A DNA stretch of 64,000 bases from Octopus vulgaris (GCA_951406725.2 OX597815.1:201252001-201316000); one strand, 5' to 3'; positions 47,506-61,200 are shown, counted from the stretch's first letter. Notes: generated by a model not told the origin, from the letters alone. Numbers and translations: made by a program.

Positions 47506-48615
47506 CGAAGAGGTGCATGTGGATATCCACTTCTTTCGTTCGCTGTCCTTTACCTCAAAGAAGTTTTTATTCCACCAATTTGAATACCACACTTAAATTA
47601 ATAATATCATGTATGTGTATAGTTCACGCTTAATTGATTTCAAAGAACCACAGCAATTTCTTTTTTAAAATAGAGAATCTACATTTAAACTGATGTACAA
47701 GATTAGGAAAATATGAGAAAAGAAACTGGCATTGGATATGGGTGATTTTATAAAGTAGCATATGCTTCAGATTTCAAGGGGATATTTGAGAAAGAGTAAA
47801 TGAAAGACACAATGCTCTGTTTCTATGAGATTGTGACGTCCCTATTAATTTAGTTCCTGCGATCAATGAGCTTCTGGATATGTATGCATATAGGCCTGTA
47901 AGCAGGCATACACGACAATGGTTTACATACTTCCCTATATTTTATTATATAAAATCTATAAGCTAACAATATAGCTTTTCATTCTACAAACTCCAATTAT
48001 GGAAATATTTTCCATTACTAACCATAATAATCTCACAAAAAAAGATTCAATGGATGAAGGGATTTGATACCTTATACACATAGCGTCTTACAAACGCATA
48101 TCAAGGAAATTGATATACATCCAAATATATTTGCCTAGACGGGAGGAAACGCTAAACCCACGCAAATTATGTGTACAACAAATTCAAAAGATTTCGAACT
48201 AAGAAGGCACATTCATGACTAAGAAATTCAAATACACACGCGCACACACACACGCTCACGCACGCACATATATAAAGATATAAAAGATGATTCACACTTT
48301 AAGATGATGTAGATAATAACGACTTAGGAGCCTTTCATAGGTTGAAGCACTTACATTTCTACAGGCATGTGTGTATGTACGTTATCATATATATATATAT
48401 ATATATATACGAATGCATGTATATGCGTACGGATGTATTCATGTATATCAATTTATATGCATATGCATATGAGTATATATATGTACCAGTCTATAAGCGT
48501 ACCTAGTTGCATAAGACATTACCAGTGACGCATGAATGAGCAAACTAAATTGTGTACTTATACATGTGCATAGTTTTGGATATACACGTAATTCATGTTA
48601 GTATATCTTTTAATT

Positions 48616-48617
<2 letters not shown>

Positions 48618-48708
<91 letters not shown>
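48618..48708. repeat. (TA)n microsatellite
   Basis: Read directly from the sequence. Confidence 0.95.
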
Positions 48709-48711
<3 letters not shown>

Positions 48712-49088
48712 TAGTTTCGTAGCTCGTACAAAATTCGACAAGCTACTCGGATGATACGACTGGCATCGAGGCAAGAACCAATAAAATATACAACATATGC
48801 AACAATAAATTAATTAATAAAATTTTGCAAAATTTTCCTTCATTTGTCATTCAGCTATCAAACGTGTTTCAAAAATTATGGGATAGACCATAATATATTT
48901 CAATTGCTGGGACGCAATCTCTGCATGATTTGCAGATTAAAGTGAGGAATAATGCATTTAATGCGTATATAGCAACATCTTGTTGAGAACTGAATCCGTC
49001 AAGATTAAGAGCGAGAATGAAGGAAAATATCTTGCTATGGTTATTTCTAAAGTTATAGCCAACACTGAATTTTTTGCTACAACTTTTC

Positions 49089-49577
49089 GTATCGAGACGT
49101 CAAACATAAACAAACGATAAGATCGAAGACAAAGATGGCTAATGAGTGTATATGCCATATTTCAGGGGATTTTTGTCCCTTCATCAGCACGCATCTAACC
49201 CATTCTTGCCTCCGAAGACATTGTCTACATAGCCACCGCATTCAGCGGTGTAAAGTTAAACGCATTCCTTGTACTGGTATGTAAATATTAAAGATTTGTA
49301 GGCATGTGGAATTACCTTATGCAACCATAATATGCTATAAAGTATATTAAATGTTTTTGATACCAGCACCAGGAATGCGTTTAATATAATATATAAATTG
49401 GTACATCCAATAACATTGCACCGCTGTGTGCGGTGGCTATATAAGCTATGTGTTCGGAGGCAAGAGTGAGTTAGATTTATGGTGTTGAAGGGGAAAACCC
49501 CCGATATATGGCATATATACTCAGTCCTTATCTTTGTCCCCAATCACATTGCTTGTTTACATCTGACGTCTAAATAC
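49089..49577. mobile_element. Fold-back pLTR-like element: diverged inverted arms of about 170 bp (49089-49258 / 49411-49577) with a 152-bp spacer
   Basis: caccgctg..tgcggtggctat, ttcggaggcaaga, tatggcatata, atctttgtc and tgacgtct all appear in mirrored order. Confidence 0.82.
49146..49190 (-). ncRNA. Minimal type I hammerhead ribozyme motif with palindromic stem III
   Basis: GTG-CTGATGA-AGGGAcaaaaaTCCCCT-GAAA-TATGgCATA-TA-CAC: all core nucleotides intact, 3-bp stem I, AUA triplet. Confidence 0.8.
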
Positions 49578-51102
49578 AAATAGGTGGAGCAAAATATCAG
49601 TTCTGGCTATAATTTCTGTAGAAACAACCTAAACAAAAATAATGTAAAGATCACTGCTAACGCAGTAGGACGGGGTGTTGACTCATAAAAATTATGTAAT
49701 ATACTTTATAGTATATTATGTTTGCATAACTAAATTCCTCGTTGCCACAAGTCTTTCATAGACGGAAAATACGTTGTCTCAGCAAATCACTTGTTTCCTC
49801 CAATGTATATATTACTTACTTAAATTATGTCCAACACGTTATTAAATTGAATGGGAGTATCGGGAAAATCCAGTCCTATCACATTGAAATGAATGCCTAT
49901 TTCCATTAGATGAGCTTCTAAAATAGGCTCGCAGGTATTAGAGTAATCTCTCTGGAGTTAAACGAAAAGAGATACTAAAAATTAAAATGAAAATCTAAAA
50001 ATAATATTCGTTGAAATATAATGTAATAATCATTGTAGTAACAAATGGTAACAAGTTTAACATTCTTCAAATATTCTTATGTATAAAAATAAGATAAGTC
50101 ACCCTATTTATGACAGAGTTAATTCTTGTCTACATCAGTGAAATAAAAAGAAATAGAAAACATGTAATTAGGGAAACTGCTTCATGTAACGTGTGAAATA
50201 TTGCTTACTGAACAAAGACAGGTGTTTAATTAGGCATATTTCTACAAAATATTTTGTTTTTATGATTATGTTGTAAATGTACTTCGAATTCGGAAACAGT
50301 TTTGCTATTTGTGGAACGAAATGTATTTTGTTATTGAAATAGTTTGCAAGCTTTCATACTTATTTGTCTCTACATATCTTCAATCATATGTCTTTTATTT
50401 CTCAATATATAAACATATAAGTTTCGCATAAAAGAAAACTTTAAAATATTAGTACTAAATAAAACATTGTCAAACTTCCAAACAGCATTTACCTCACGTG
50501 TAAATATTAAATATTTGCTTCCCAATAAAAGTTAAAATTGTTAAAATGTTTTAAATTAAATTCTGATAAATGTTACATGCTAAAACATTTTACCGAGGGG
50601 TCAACACATTACCAAATTGATTCAATCCATTTTATAAAAATCAACTTCTACAAGTTTATCTATATAGAGACGATAAAATATTCTAGATTGATCATAGCCC
50701 ATTTCAAATATTCTTTTTCTAAAATCATTTCTGAATTACCTTCGGAAAACAATTATTTCCTATTCACCGAAAGGTAAATGCTCATAGGTTTCAATCTACA
50801 CAGGAGAACACTAATCTGAGAATTAACGAAAGACTCACTATAATCAATATAAATATCATTTAGATTGAACAAAATATGTTGTAGCCATAAACATAATCAT
50901 ACATAAATTTTCAACACTTTTCTCCAACTCTTAGCACGTGCCAATTCACGAACAACCTCTCCTGATTGTTTTCAATTTAGTTTCCGTTGAGTGACTGTAA
51001 CAGGGTCAGTTTGAATGTCCGTTTGTACTTTGTGTTTTGTTTTCGTTTTATGGATTGTTGTTTAAATTTTTTTGTGGTTTTATTCAACATGCTTCATTTT
51101 CA

Positions 51103-51339
51103 GGAGGCGCAATGGCCTAGTGGTTAGGGCAGCGGACTTGCGGTCGGAGGATCGCGGTTTCGATTCCCAGACCGGGCGTTGTGTGTGTTTATTGAGCGAA
51201 AAAAACACCTAAAAGCTCCACGAGGCTCCGGCAGGAGGTGGTGATCCCTGCTGTACTCTTTCACCACTCTAAAAGGCGGTGCTCCAGCATGGCCGCAGTC
51301 AAATGACTGAAACAAGTACAAAAAAAAAAAAAAAAAAAA
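51103..51339 (+). mobile_element. Young tRNA-derived SINE with a family-A 3' tail and poly(A)
   Basis: A box tggcctagtgg (51113-51123), B box ggtttcgattcc (51156-51167), family-A tail from about 51269, A20 at 51320-51339. Confidence 0.85.
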
Positions 51340-51384
51340 GTATATTGTCTGATTGACTTATTTATTTTTATACTCTTTCTCGTT

Positions 51385-51610
51385 TACTTTTTTACTCTTT
51401 TATATGTTCCAGTCATTTGACTGCGGCCATGCTGGAGCACCGCTTTTAGTCGAGCAAATCGACGCCAGGACTTATTATGTGTAAGTCTAGTACTTATTCT
51501 ATCAGTTTCTTTTGCCGAACCGCTAAGTTACGGGGACGTAAACACACCAGCATCGATTGTCAAGCGATGTTGGGGAGAAAAACACAGACACACAAACAAA
51601 CACACACACA

Positions 51611-51690
<80 letters not shown>

Positions 51691-51864
51691 GACATATATA
51701 CGACGAGCTTCTTTCAATTTCAGTCTACCAAATCCACTCACAAGGCTTTGGTCGGCCCGAGCCTATAGTAGAAGATACTTACCCAAGGTGCCACGCAGTG
51801 GGACTGAACCCGGAACCATGTGGTTGGTAAGCAAGCTACTTACTACACAGCCATTTCTGCACCT
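51385..51864 (-). mobile_element. Full-length SINE family A
   Basis: Collinear with 33806-34219. Confidence 0.9.
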
Positions 51865-51882
51865 ATTTTATTTTATTTTTTG

Positions 51883-52182
51883 AGGCAAGTGTTTTCTAGT
51901 ATAGGCTCGGGCCGACCAAAGCCTTGTGTATGGATTTGGTAGACGGAAACTGAAAGAAGCCCATCGTATATATGTATGTATATATATTTGTGTGTGTGTT
52001 TGTGTGTCTGTCCTCCCAACTTCGCTTGACAACCAATGCTGGGGTGTATACGGCAAAAGAGACGGATAGAATAAGTACAGGCTTACAAAAATAAGCCCTC
52101 GTGTCGATTTCGTCAACTAAAGGCGGTACTCCAGCATGGTGACAGTCAAATGACTGAAACAAGTAAAAGAGTAAAAGAGTAA
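51883..52182 (+). mobile_element. 5'-truncated SINE family A
   Basis: ggcaagtgt...ggccgaccaaagccttgtg...aaggcggtactccagcatgg...tgactgaaacaagtaaaagagtaaaagag. Confidence 0.88.
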
Positions 52183-52310
52183 ATACAAAGGAATTCCTGA
52201 AGGTATACAAATACTGTGAACGTACTTTAAACGGTAAACTCTAATATGTATAAACGAACTTAAAATTATTACTAATGTACATACATATACGTATGTGTGT
52301 ATGAGGTGTG

Positions 52311-52356
<46 letters not shown>

Positions 52357-52604
52357 AATGTATATGTGTGTATGTGTGTGTAAATAAATAAAGATATTAT
52401 AATTATTAATATTAATAAATAACAATAATAATATAATTGGCCAGCATGTATTAAAGCCAAAAAAGTATAACTATAAATTTATAATTAATTATCAATTACA
52501 ATTGAGGGTACACGATATACCAGTGTTGCTACAAATAAGAGTGGAAAAATACACAAATACTCAAACGAAATAAGTATATATTTTATACACAAATAAATAA
52601 AGAT

Positions 52605-52614
52605 ATTATTATTA

Positions 52615-52703
<89 letters not shown>

Positions 52704-52709
52704 GTTATT
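52605..52709. repeat. (TTA)n array
   Basis: Read directly from the sequence. Confidence 0.95.
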
Positions 52710-52885
52710 GGGTGAGAGAGCAGTGCATGTCATCAAAGTGACACTGAGGTAAGATATACGAAGCCCAGTATACACATCTTGACTACCCGTATTTTATACC
52801 AAGACAAAACAATGTACATGATAACACTTCCAATCAGTTAAGATCAGAAGCCATGAGATCCACTGTCTAATACTGCATCAGGGCA
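52710..52885 (-). mobile_element. Internally deleted copy of the TAA-associated non-coding element
   Basis: The first ~80 bp match 31444-31524 and the next ~67 bp match 31905-31971; it extends about 27 bp further and then runs into (ATC)n. Confidence 0.8.
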
Positions 52886-53189
52886 TCATCATAATCATCA
52901 TCATCATCATCATCATCATCAAGGTCATTATTATTATAATTATATATAACAACCATGAATATCAATGGCCAGCATGCATTAAAGCCAAAGAGGCAAAATT
53001 ATAAATTTATAATTAATTACTAATTATAATTGAGGGTGTACGAATTACCAGCGTTGCTAGAAATAAGAGTCAGAGAAAACTCAAATAAGCCACAATTCCA
53101 CTGAAAAATTTACCAAGCTGATGAAAATCGAGGAAAGAGTAAAAGGGAACCTACCATTGCCGGTGAAAAACGCATATCAAATACGTCAT

Positions 53190-53395
53190 TGTGTTCGTGT
53201 TTGTCCCACAGCAAGGCTTGACAACTGGGCTCGTTTATGTCCCTGTAACTTAGCCTTTCCGCAATAGGAGCCTGATAGAATAAGTAAAAAGGCTTCAGAA
53301 AATTACTGGGGCCGAATTGTTCAGCTATACACTCCTAGGCGATGGTCCATCATGGTCACGGTCTCATTACTGAAACAAGAGAAATAATAAAAGAA
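53190..53395 (+). mobile_element. SINE family A 3' half, decayed
   Basis: gtgtttgtccc...gcttgacaac...gtaacttagc...gatagaataagt...catggtc...actgaaacaag. Confidence 0.65.
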
Positions 53396-53706
53396 TAGCG
53401 TTAGTGCTGCGACATATTGTTCCAAATATATCTGTAAGAGACTTATCGATATATTGAAATGTTTGATAAATTCCACTTCATAGTAAAACTTCATTATCAT
53501 CAGACGTAGAATTCATGGCATTGCAATGAGGCAATTATTGGATAATAAGTTACTAGAAGACCTGCAACTAAATAATATAAATAGCATATTTAGTAAGATA
53601 TGCCTCAGGTCAATTTCGTTTACAACTATATATGCAATAGAATTGCGAACCCAATATTGTTAATATTTTGGTAGTATTTATTGTGAGAAACCGGACGGGT
53701 AGAGGG

Positions 53707-53836
<130 letters not shown>

Positions 53837-53965
53837 CTTCCTAAGTTTACTATTATTATTACTATTCGGAAAAGTATCATTTCTATGATCATTATTTACG
53901 TTCACTAACTTTTAATCTGATTTATGTAGTCTTCTGGCATTTAGGATTCTATATACGTAAATGTA

Positions 53966-54163
53966 ATTCCTAACGTATCTAATATATATTTCAGATAGTC
54001 AAGAAATTTATGTAAGTTAAGCTTGTAATTTAGCTGCAGAGAAAAAGAGAACAGTAAAAACGTACGATAATAATCCACCTAAGAAAATACAGACTTATTG
54101 AATTAATTTCTACTTTGAATGAACTTTACGGGACTATTTCCTCGTATTCGATATACGAACAAC
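53966..54163 (+). repeat. Direct repeat of about 197 bp, copy 1 (partner 56015-56210), containing candidate microexon 53995-54011
   Basis: cctaac...tttcag|ATAGTCAAGAAATTTAT|gtaagt; roughly 85% identical to copy 2 by eye. Confidence 0.9.
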
Positions 54164-54633
54164 GCGGTAGCAGTTAGATTCATAGTAAGAAACTATATCA
54201 ATGAAATCGGCGAAATTTATAGAGTGCCTACCCGGAGACATGAAAAAGAATATTTCCATAAGGTACAGGGAGACAACAAAAGTATTTGTTTGCTTTCTAA
54301 AGATTTCAGTATTGGTGAGGCAATGTTCAACTTGGATTAAAGGCTTATGCTTCGGTATTTCTAGTTTCTATACACCAAATCTTTTGACTTAGATCAAAGT
54401 GAGAAATGTAAGTTGCAGGAACAGTGAAATATAAAGGACAGCCAACTTCCATGCCGCAAACATTTCTCTGTAGAGTAGAAATAAAATAAATTATTAATTA
54501 TCTCATATCATACCAATTCATATATGGAATCAAGAAACATCGAGCTCTCTCTCTCTCTCCCTCTCTCTCTCTATCTATCTATCTATCTACCTATCTCTCA
54601 CTTCCTCACTTTTTCTCTCTCGCCCTCTCTCTC

Positions 54634-54672
<39 letters not shown>

Positions 54673-55392
54673 CTCCCTTACTTCCTATCTCTCTCTCCCT
54701 CACTCTCTCACTCCCTCTCCTTTTCAGTGAGTGTATTTGCAAATGCACACATACAAACATCAGGCGTATAAGCCACGTGCGCACATGCATACACTCGGTC
54801 TCACATAAAATCACGCATCCATACGTATAATTATATACATATATTCATTTGATTCTTGTGATTCACTTTGCACAACTCTGAGTTTTTTGTTATATGCTCC
54901 TAAATATAGGTTTCGGATTACTTCTTAGGAATTAGTTTCCATTTCACTGAATATCAAACATAGCAAAGAGACTAAACATGCAGTTTCGAAGTGAACGTTG
55001 TTCTTAAACGTAGTTATTGTTATAGAAGATGTAATAGGACGTCTGTTATCCGATGTGCTATATAGTTGGTTTCTCGTCAATGGACTTAGTGATAATTATA
55101 TATGAGCATCATAACGTTCCACGTAACTTTATATTTTGTCCGAGTTCTGTTAAAGGCAATGCAAAACGAATTCATAATTGGATTAAAGCGTTTAACGGAT
55201 GTATACTAAGGACACAGATTACTTACAATAAAATACAATGACATAAGTTTCACCAAATAGTTTCCTTTATGAAACTTAAAGGAAGAAAACGACTCATTGA
55301 TCACATCAAATATGCATAGACATGTATATATGAATAAGTATACACGCTTACGTCCATAAATAGATACATACACACGTGTGTTTTTTTCTATA

Positions 55393-55484
<92 letters not shown>

Positions 55485-56014
55485 TGAGTCGTTAAGAAAT
55501 CATAAACATTGGAGAAAACGTGGAATAGTCCTTTCTTGTTATTAGTTTTTGAAGTGCATTAAAAGCTACAAATACTAGCATGTATTAAAAGCTACATTAC
55601 TATTACAATACAATATTAAAAGCCACAATACTACCATGTAGGATTGAAAATCCGTATTGGATAGTAAAGTTGAGGGAAACACATAGGGCGTGAATTCATA
55701 TCTCATTAAAGAATTATAAGCGTCCTGCCATTGTTTCACAGCAACCATTCGGATTTCTCTAACCGTTGTAGAATTTTTATTCTTACCAGAGAAGGAATTG
55801 CTTGTTTTTAAAATCTTCAGGATTTATAAACATTCGAGTGAAAGTAGGATAACTCATTTTTGGAATTGGTTCTCAAGGTAAAAATCTCCAAATGATAGCA
55901 ACATTAAGAAGAGAGCCCGAATAACTTAAAAGCCAGTGTGGAATATCCTGTATTACATACTAAGTTCGTCACGGCTTCAATAAAACCCCTGCCGGAAGTG
56001 GTTGTATTTTATTA

Positions 56015-56210
56015 AATCCTAACGTATCTTATGTATATTTTAGATAGTCAAGAAATTTATGTAAGTTAAACTTGTAACTTAGCTGCAGAGAAAAGGAGAA
56101 CAGTAAACGTGTACGATAAGAATCCACTTAAAAATATACATTTATTGAATTGATTTCTACTTAGAAGGAACATTACGGGACTACTTCCTCGTATTTGATA
56201 CACGAACAAC
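56015..56210 (+). repeat. Direct repeat of about 196 bp, copy 2, containing candidate microexon 56044-56060
   Basis: cctaac...ttttag|ATAGTCAAGAAATTTAT|gtaagt. Confidence 0.9.
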
Positions 56211-56659
56211 ATGACAAAGCTTACTCATTCAGTGCATGCACAAATCCAATAGTACTATAATAAAATCTTTCAATTTAAAGCTTGAGCCGGTGTCTTGTAC
56301 AGTCATAATTTGGATATTTCTTTATTGAACAATTTCTTTTAATAAAACTAATTGCAAGATCCAAAGTGGATGGAAATTTTAGATGAGCAGATATATTTAA
56401 TTCCGTTGGAAGGAAACTAATTCACTTGTTCTAGATATATATTATTTACAAATAATATTTCGTTGTTTCCAATTCGTTATACAATGATTGAAGTTAGTCT
56501 TCATACTTCTTACAGACAAACTCAGTTGAACGAAGAAGATTACTATGATTATATATTTAAATTCTAATACTAAATATATACCTTGGATCAAAACAAGTAA
56601 GGAGCATTATATTATGTACACATCCTACATTATATTTCGGTTATTGTGGAGAACTATAT

Positions 56660-57042
56660 TAAGAATAAGTGTTCTTTCAGCAAGATGGACCGCCTCCACA
56701 TTATACGTAAGAGACTACCTTAACCAAGCCTTTTCACGGCGTTGGTTTGGAAGAAAACGTTTTATGAGAACAGTAAATGAATTAAAATATTACATTTCTA
56801 CCACATTCCCTGAAATTGATGGAGAACAGAATTTGGGTCGACCTGTGTGTAAGTGTTGGGAAGAGGTTTAAAAGAATGTTGAAATGTTGAAGGAGGATAT
56901 TTTGAGTATCTTAGAAATTAAACATTGTCTGTTTAAGATGTGCATAGACATTATGATTTTAAGATTGAAATTTAAATGTAATAAAATGTTTTAAAAGAAA
57001 TTTAAAGTGCCTGCGTGATAAATGCTTTTTACCGAGCTGTAT
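56660..57042 (+). mobile_element. Tc1/mariner transposase C-terminal fragment
   Basis: FFQQDGPPPHY / VRDYLNQAFSRRWFGR / VNELKYYI resemble the FQQDGAPPH...VRxxLxxxFxxRWIGR pattern; possible TIR ending ctg|tata near 57040. Confidence 0.7.
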
Positions 57043-57263
57043 ATACTTTGATTGTCAAATTTGCTGTATGATCTAAGGAATATTTATTATTCCAGCAAAT
57101 CAAGAGTTTTAGTTTTAGATAAGTAAGAATTATGTCTAGATACTTTTCCTTATACCTGCGTTATTTCTAAGCACGTAAGTGCAGCTTATTTTGTTTCGAA
57201 GCCATGGTAACAGTTCAGAGCAATATGAGGATAAATCTAAGTAATGTTTTATGTTGAAAGAAG

Positions 57264-57700
57264 ACAGTTAGATGACAGAATCGTTGGCACGCCGGGCAAA
57301 ATGAGTAGCGACATTTCGTCCGTCATTACGTTCTGTGAGGAAATTCCTCTGGGGAAGGTTTTGATTTCATCCTTTCTACAATCGATAACGTACAGTACCA
57401 GTTGATCATAGAAATCGATGTAATCGACATAATCCCACACCCGAAATTGCTGGCATCGTGCAGAAATTTGAAGCACACATTCTATGTTGGAAGGAGTCGG
57501 CAAGCTCGGAAAATCTTCAGCACGCTGGGAAAAATGCCTAGCAGCATTTCATCCGTCTTTATTTCTTGGGTAGACACGCCACCGTGGTCCACTGTGCTTT
57601 TCATCCTTTCGGAGTCGAAAAATGAAGCTACAACTAGCACAATGGAATCGACGTAAGTCATTTACTCCATCCCATGAAAGTGCAGGCTTTGCGCAAAATT
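57264..57700 (+). mobile_element. Two tandem decayed SINE family B copies (57264-57475 and 57490-57700)
   Basis: gcacgc.ggg.aaaatg..tagc.catttc.tccgtc...tttcatcctttc...aatcgac occurs twice. Confidence 0.75.
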
Positions 57701-58211
57701 CTTAAGCCAATATTTTTTGTTATAAAGATGAGAAAGTCTCTTTTCAATATGCTTTACTACCACACATGGTTCCCACGTATAAGGGTGATTGAGTTAGGTT
57801 GCAACTTATCAGATGACTGAAAACTGAACACATTGAAATTTAACTTCCAGAAAATTATTTGAAGTCATAAACTTTGAAGAGAAAAACATCTATCATTTCA
57901 TGTACTTCATAAAAAATTACTTGAGGTTATTTTTGCTTGTGGCCATTTAGACCATTTTGCTCCCACCATACAAATGCTCTTTCAAAAACACAGTTGTTAT
58001 AAATCATACGTACGCACCAAACTCATTTCATTCAGAATAACGTCATATTGTACTGAAGAAATACAAACATTATTCTACTTCACTGAATTGTGTTCTAGAT
58101 AAATGTAATATTGACATCATAGGAGGTCGATTTTATATCTATATATCTTTATATCTATCTATCTCTTTATCTAACTCTCTCTCTCCTTCCCTTCATAAAC
58201 TCCTTTGTTTG

Positions 58212-58293
<82 letters not shown>

Positions 58294-61200
58294 TATATAT
58301 CTAAATTTCACTATCTGAATCTCTCTCTCTCTATAGATATATATATGCAGGTATATATATTTATACGTATGTATATATATACTTGTGTGTATATATGTAT
58401 ACACACACACAAATATATATATACACTTTCATACATACATAAATATACATTCAGGTAGAAGAAATCAATTTTTGTAAAGATGTATAGTGTTGGTTTACTT
58501 CGCTGAAGATTTTGAATAATTTTCACTGAGTAATTAATGTCTGAGCCAAAAATTACAGAGTATACAGACACAGAAATTATATATATATATATGCGGAGAG
58601 AATTAATTTCATATAGATGTATGTGTGTGTGTGTGTATATTATATATATGTTTATATGTGCACATACACAGACACACACACGAATATATATATATGTATG
58701 CATATATTTATATATACATATATACATAGATATATAATGGACAGATTGATTGATAGATAAGATACATTGATACATACGTAAGACATATAAGTGTATATGT
58801 CTTGATATGCTTATACACATATGTATATACATACACGCACGCAGGTATATTTCTCCACAGACCATTTCATATATAGAACAAACACGCACATACATTCTGA
58901 AATGTAAAAAAAAACATATATTTATAAAATGGTTTTTCTTTATAGTGTCTCTCAATGTTTTCGTATATACATGCGTAGAATTTATTTAATGTCTTATGAT
59001 TGTACTGATTTATTTTTATAATTTTTATCGAATGAAATTTTGAAGTGTTCAGCAGACGATATACAAAAGGCGTGATTGCTATACATAATTTTTGAAACTG
59101 AATTGTGAAGTCTTTTATATAATAGAAGGTTAGACAAAACATCGCAAAATAAATGTTTTCTTGGAAATGAATAAATTAGTACAGCGGAAATAATTAAAGA
59201 GTTTTCCAATATAAAAATTCATCCAGATATTGCAATATCCTGTTTCTTATAACGAAATAATAGACTATATGTTGTTCCGTTGGTTTTCCTATTCGAATAC
59301 TATTAATGAACCATATTCAATATACCATGGTATTATTTTTCAGATGATTTTGTTGTTTTCTCTGAATAGATAAAACAAGAAATTCAGTAGCGTATGTATA
59401 ATTTTCTAAAATTAATTACATTTAACAGTTGATAGATACACTCGTATCTGAGGGATAGGAAATCAGGTATGTTATTTTGACTTATTTACCAGTGTGTACG
59501 TTGTTATAAACCTCCCCCATCTTCACCCGATATAAAGAGAAAAAGAAACCGAAAAGTATACGCAGAAAAGTCGCCATTTATCTTGTCAAAACTCTACTCT
59601 TAATTTCTCGCATGTTTGGAAATGAAATCAAATTTGTATGTCTGGAAGGTGTCAGCATGAAATATATGTACGAATATCAATGCTTTGAAAAAGAATGTCT
59701 CGGAATGAATAATGGATATAAAATGAAATAATGTTTCTCAGGTTGAAATGAGATTCTGGCTAAGAGATTAGCTTCTCAAAAAATAAAAGCAAAAAAAAAA
59801 CGCCTGCAGTTTTGATAGCACAAAAGCATTCCAAGGTCCTCCCATACAGTTTCGGGTTAGCTATTATTATGTCAGGGGAATCTAGTAGGGATAAATTATA
59901 TTCAAACCCTGCATAATAAAGCCGTATTGTACATTCATACACACACACATACATACACACACACGCACACATATATATATATATGTGTATGCATATATAT
60001 ATATATATATATATACATCAAGAGTTTGTAGTTCACTTTAAGCGTTGTAGTAGAGGGTTTTGGAAAAGGAGTGTGGTCCGACCGCATGGCCCATTTCAAA
60101 TTACATGCAGTTGAGTTTTGATGTATTAACTGAGATAAAGAAGTGCTGTTAGTTCTGCCCTTCTCAAAGAAGTCCGCATTTTCGCAATGAAATCCTCTAA
60201 TCTCACATGATTTTAATATTACTTTGGCAGTCTGACGAACCATTATAAAATTTCATGGAAAATTCTGGCTCCGGAAGTACACGCCAAACTAATTCTACCT
60301 CCCAATGAGTGCGAGTCACTCGGTCCAAGTTAACGACCTTCTAGGTTATTATCTATTTCATAGTCTCCGGAAACAATTCCGTAATATCTTTGTTGGGCTA
60401 AATAGGGGCAGCTCTCTGTTTGCAACCCAGAACTCTAGTGACCGTGAAATACTACAACCGTGAAACAAAAATCAGTCGCTTATTTAAAACCTGGTCCTTA
60501 AGGTCACTTTCAGACACGGCATTAAAATAGCTCATTTCATAGATGTCAGGCTAGATTTACAAAATAACATAGCGGAAACCCGGAGAAAAACTTAACATGC
60601 CATAATTTTGCACGCAAACACACACATATATACGCACACTCACTCTCATATACACACAACAACAAAAGTAAGCACATAGATGTAAAACTAGACGGGAAAA
60701 TAACACTACTGTGAAACGTGCTCATGAACAAATAACATAATCGTTCGTTCACCGCAAAATGTCCTGTGTGCATACATCTCCAATATATTTACCGGCATAC
60801 TCACACGTGCAAACACATACGCATACTCACGCATACATACACATATACACATATACACATATTCACGCATGAATGACTGTTGTATTTATATTTCATTGTT
60901 TTAATGAAAATTTCGATTTATAATTGAAATCTTCGGCAAATTACAACTCATTTTCTAATAGTTTGAAAAATTATACGTTTTTCTATAAATTATTTCTTCT
61001 TTAATTATATATATATATATGTTTAATATTCATGTCATATGTTCTATAAAAGTGTGTAGCTACTTTTCATACTATTTAAGTATATTTTTGATTACCTGAA
61101 AAATTGCACGAACATGTTGAATCGTATAACAAAGAGAGAATAATATTTTCAAACTTCCATAATATCTGCACGCTCCAGATAAAATTGTGCGGATCTTTAA

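Larger units (their letters stand above)
52436..53087. repeat. Diverged direct repeats of about 125 bp (52436-52560 and 52966-53087) bracketing a TTA run and the non-coding element
   Basis: tggccagcatg.attaaagccaaa...ataaatttataattaatta...aattgagggt...accag.gttgcta.aaataagagt occurs in both. Confidence 0.85.

Noticed and set aside
48708-48760. Strong hairpin followed by GAAAC on the minus strand, next to (TA)n
   Set aside because: The CUGANGA box is missing and stems I and III cannot be formed.
51103-51175. Functional tRNA gene
   Set aside because: A and B boxes are present but the cloverleaf stems are imperfect and the sequence continues into a SINE body and tail.
60226-60270. CTGACGA...GAAAATTC hammerhead-like string
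   Set aside because: Stem I does not pair; compatible with chance.
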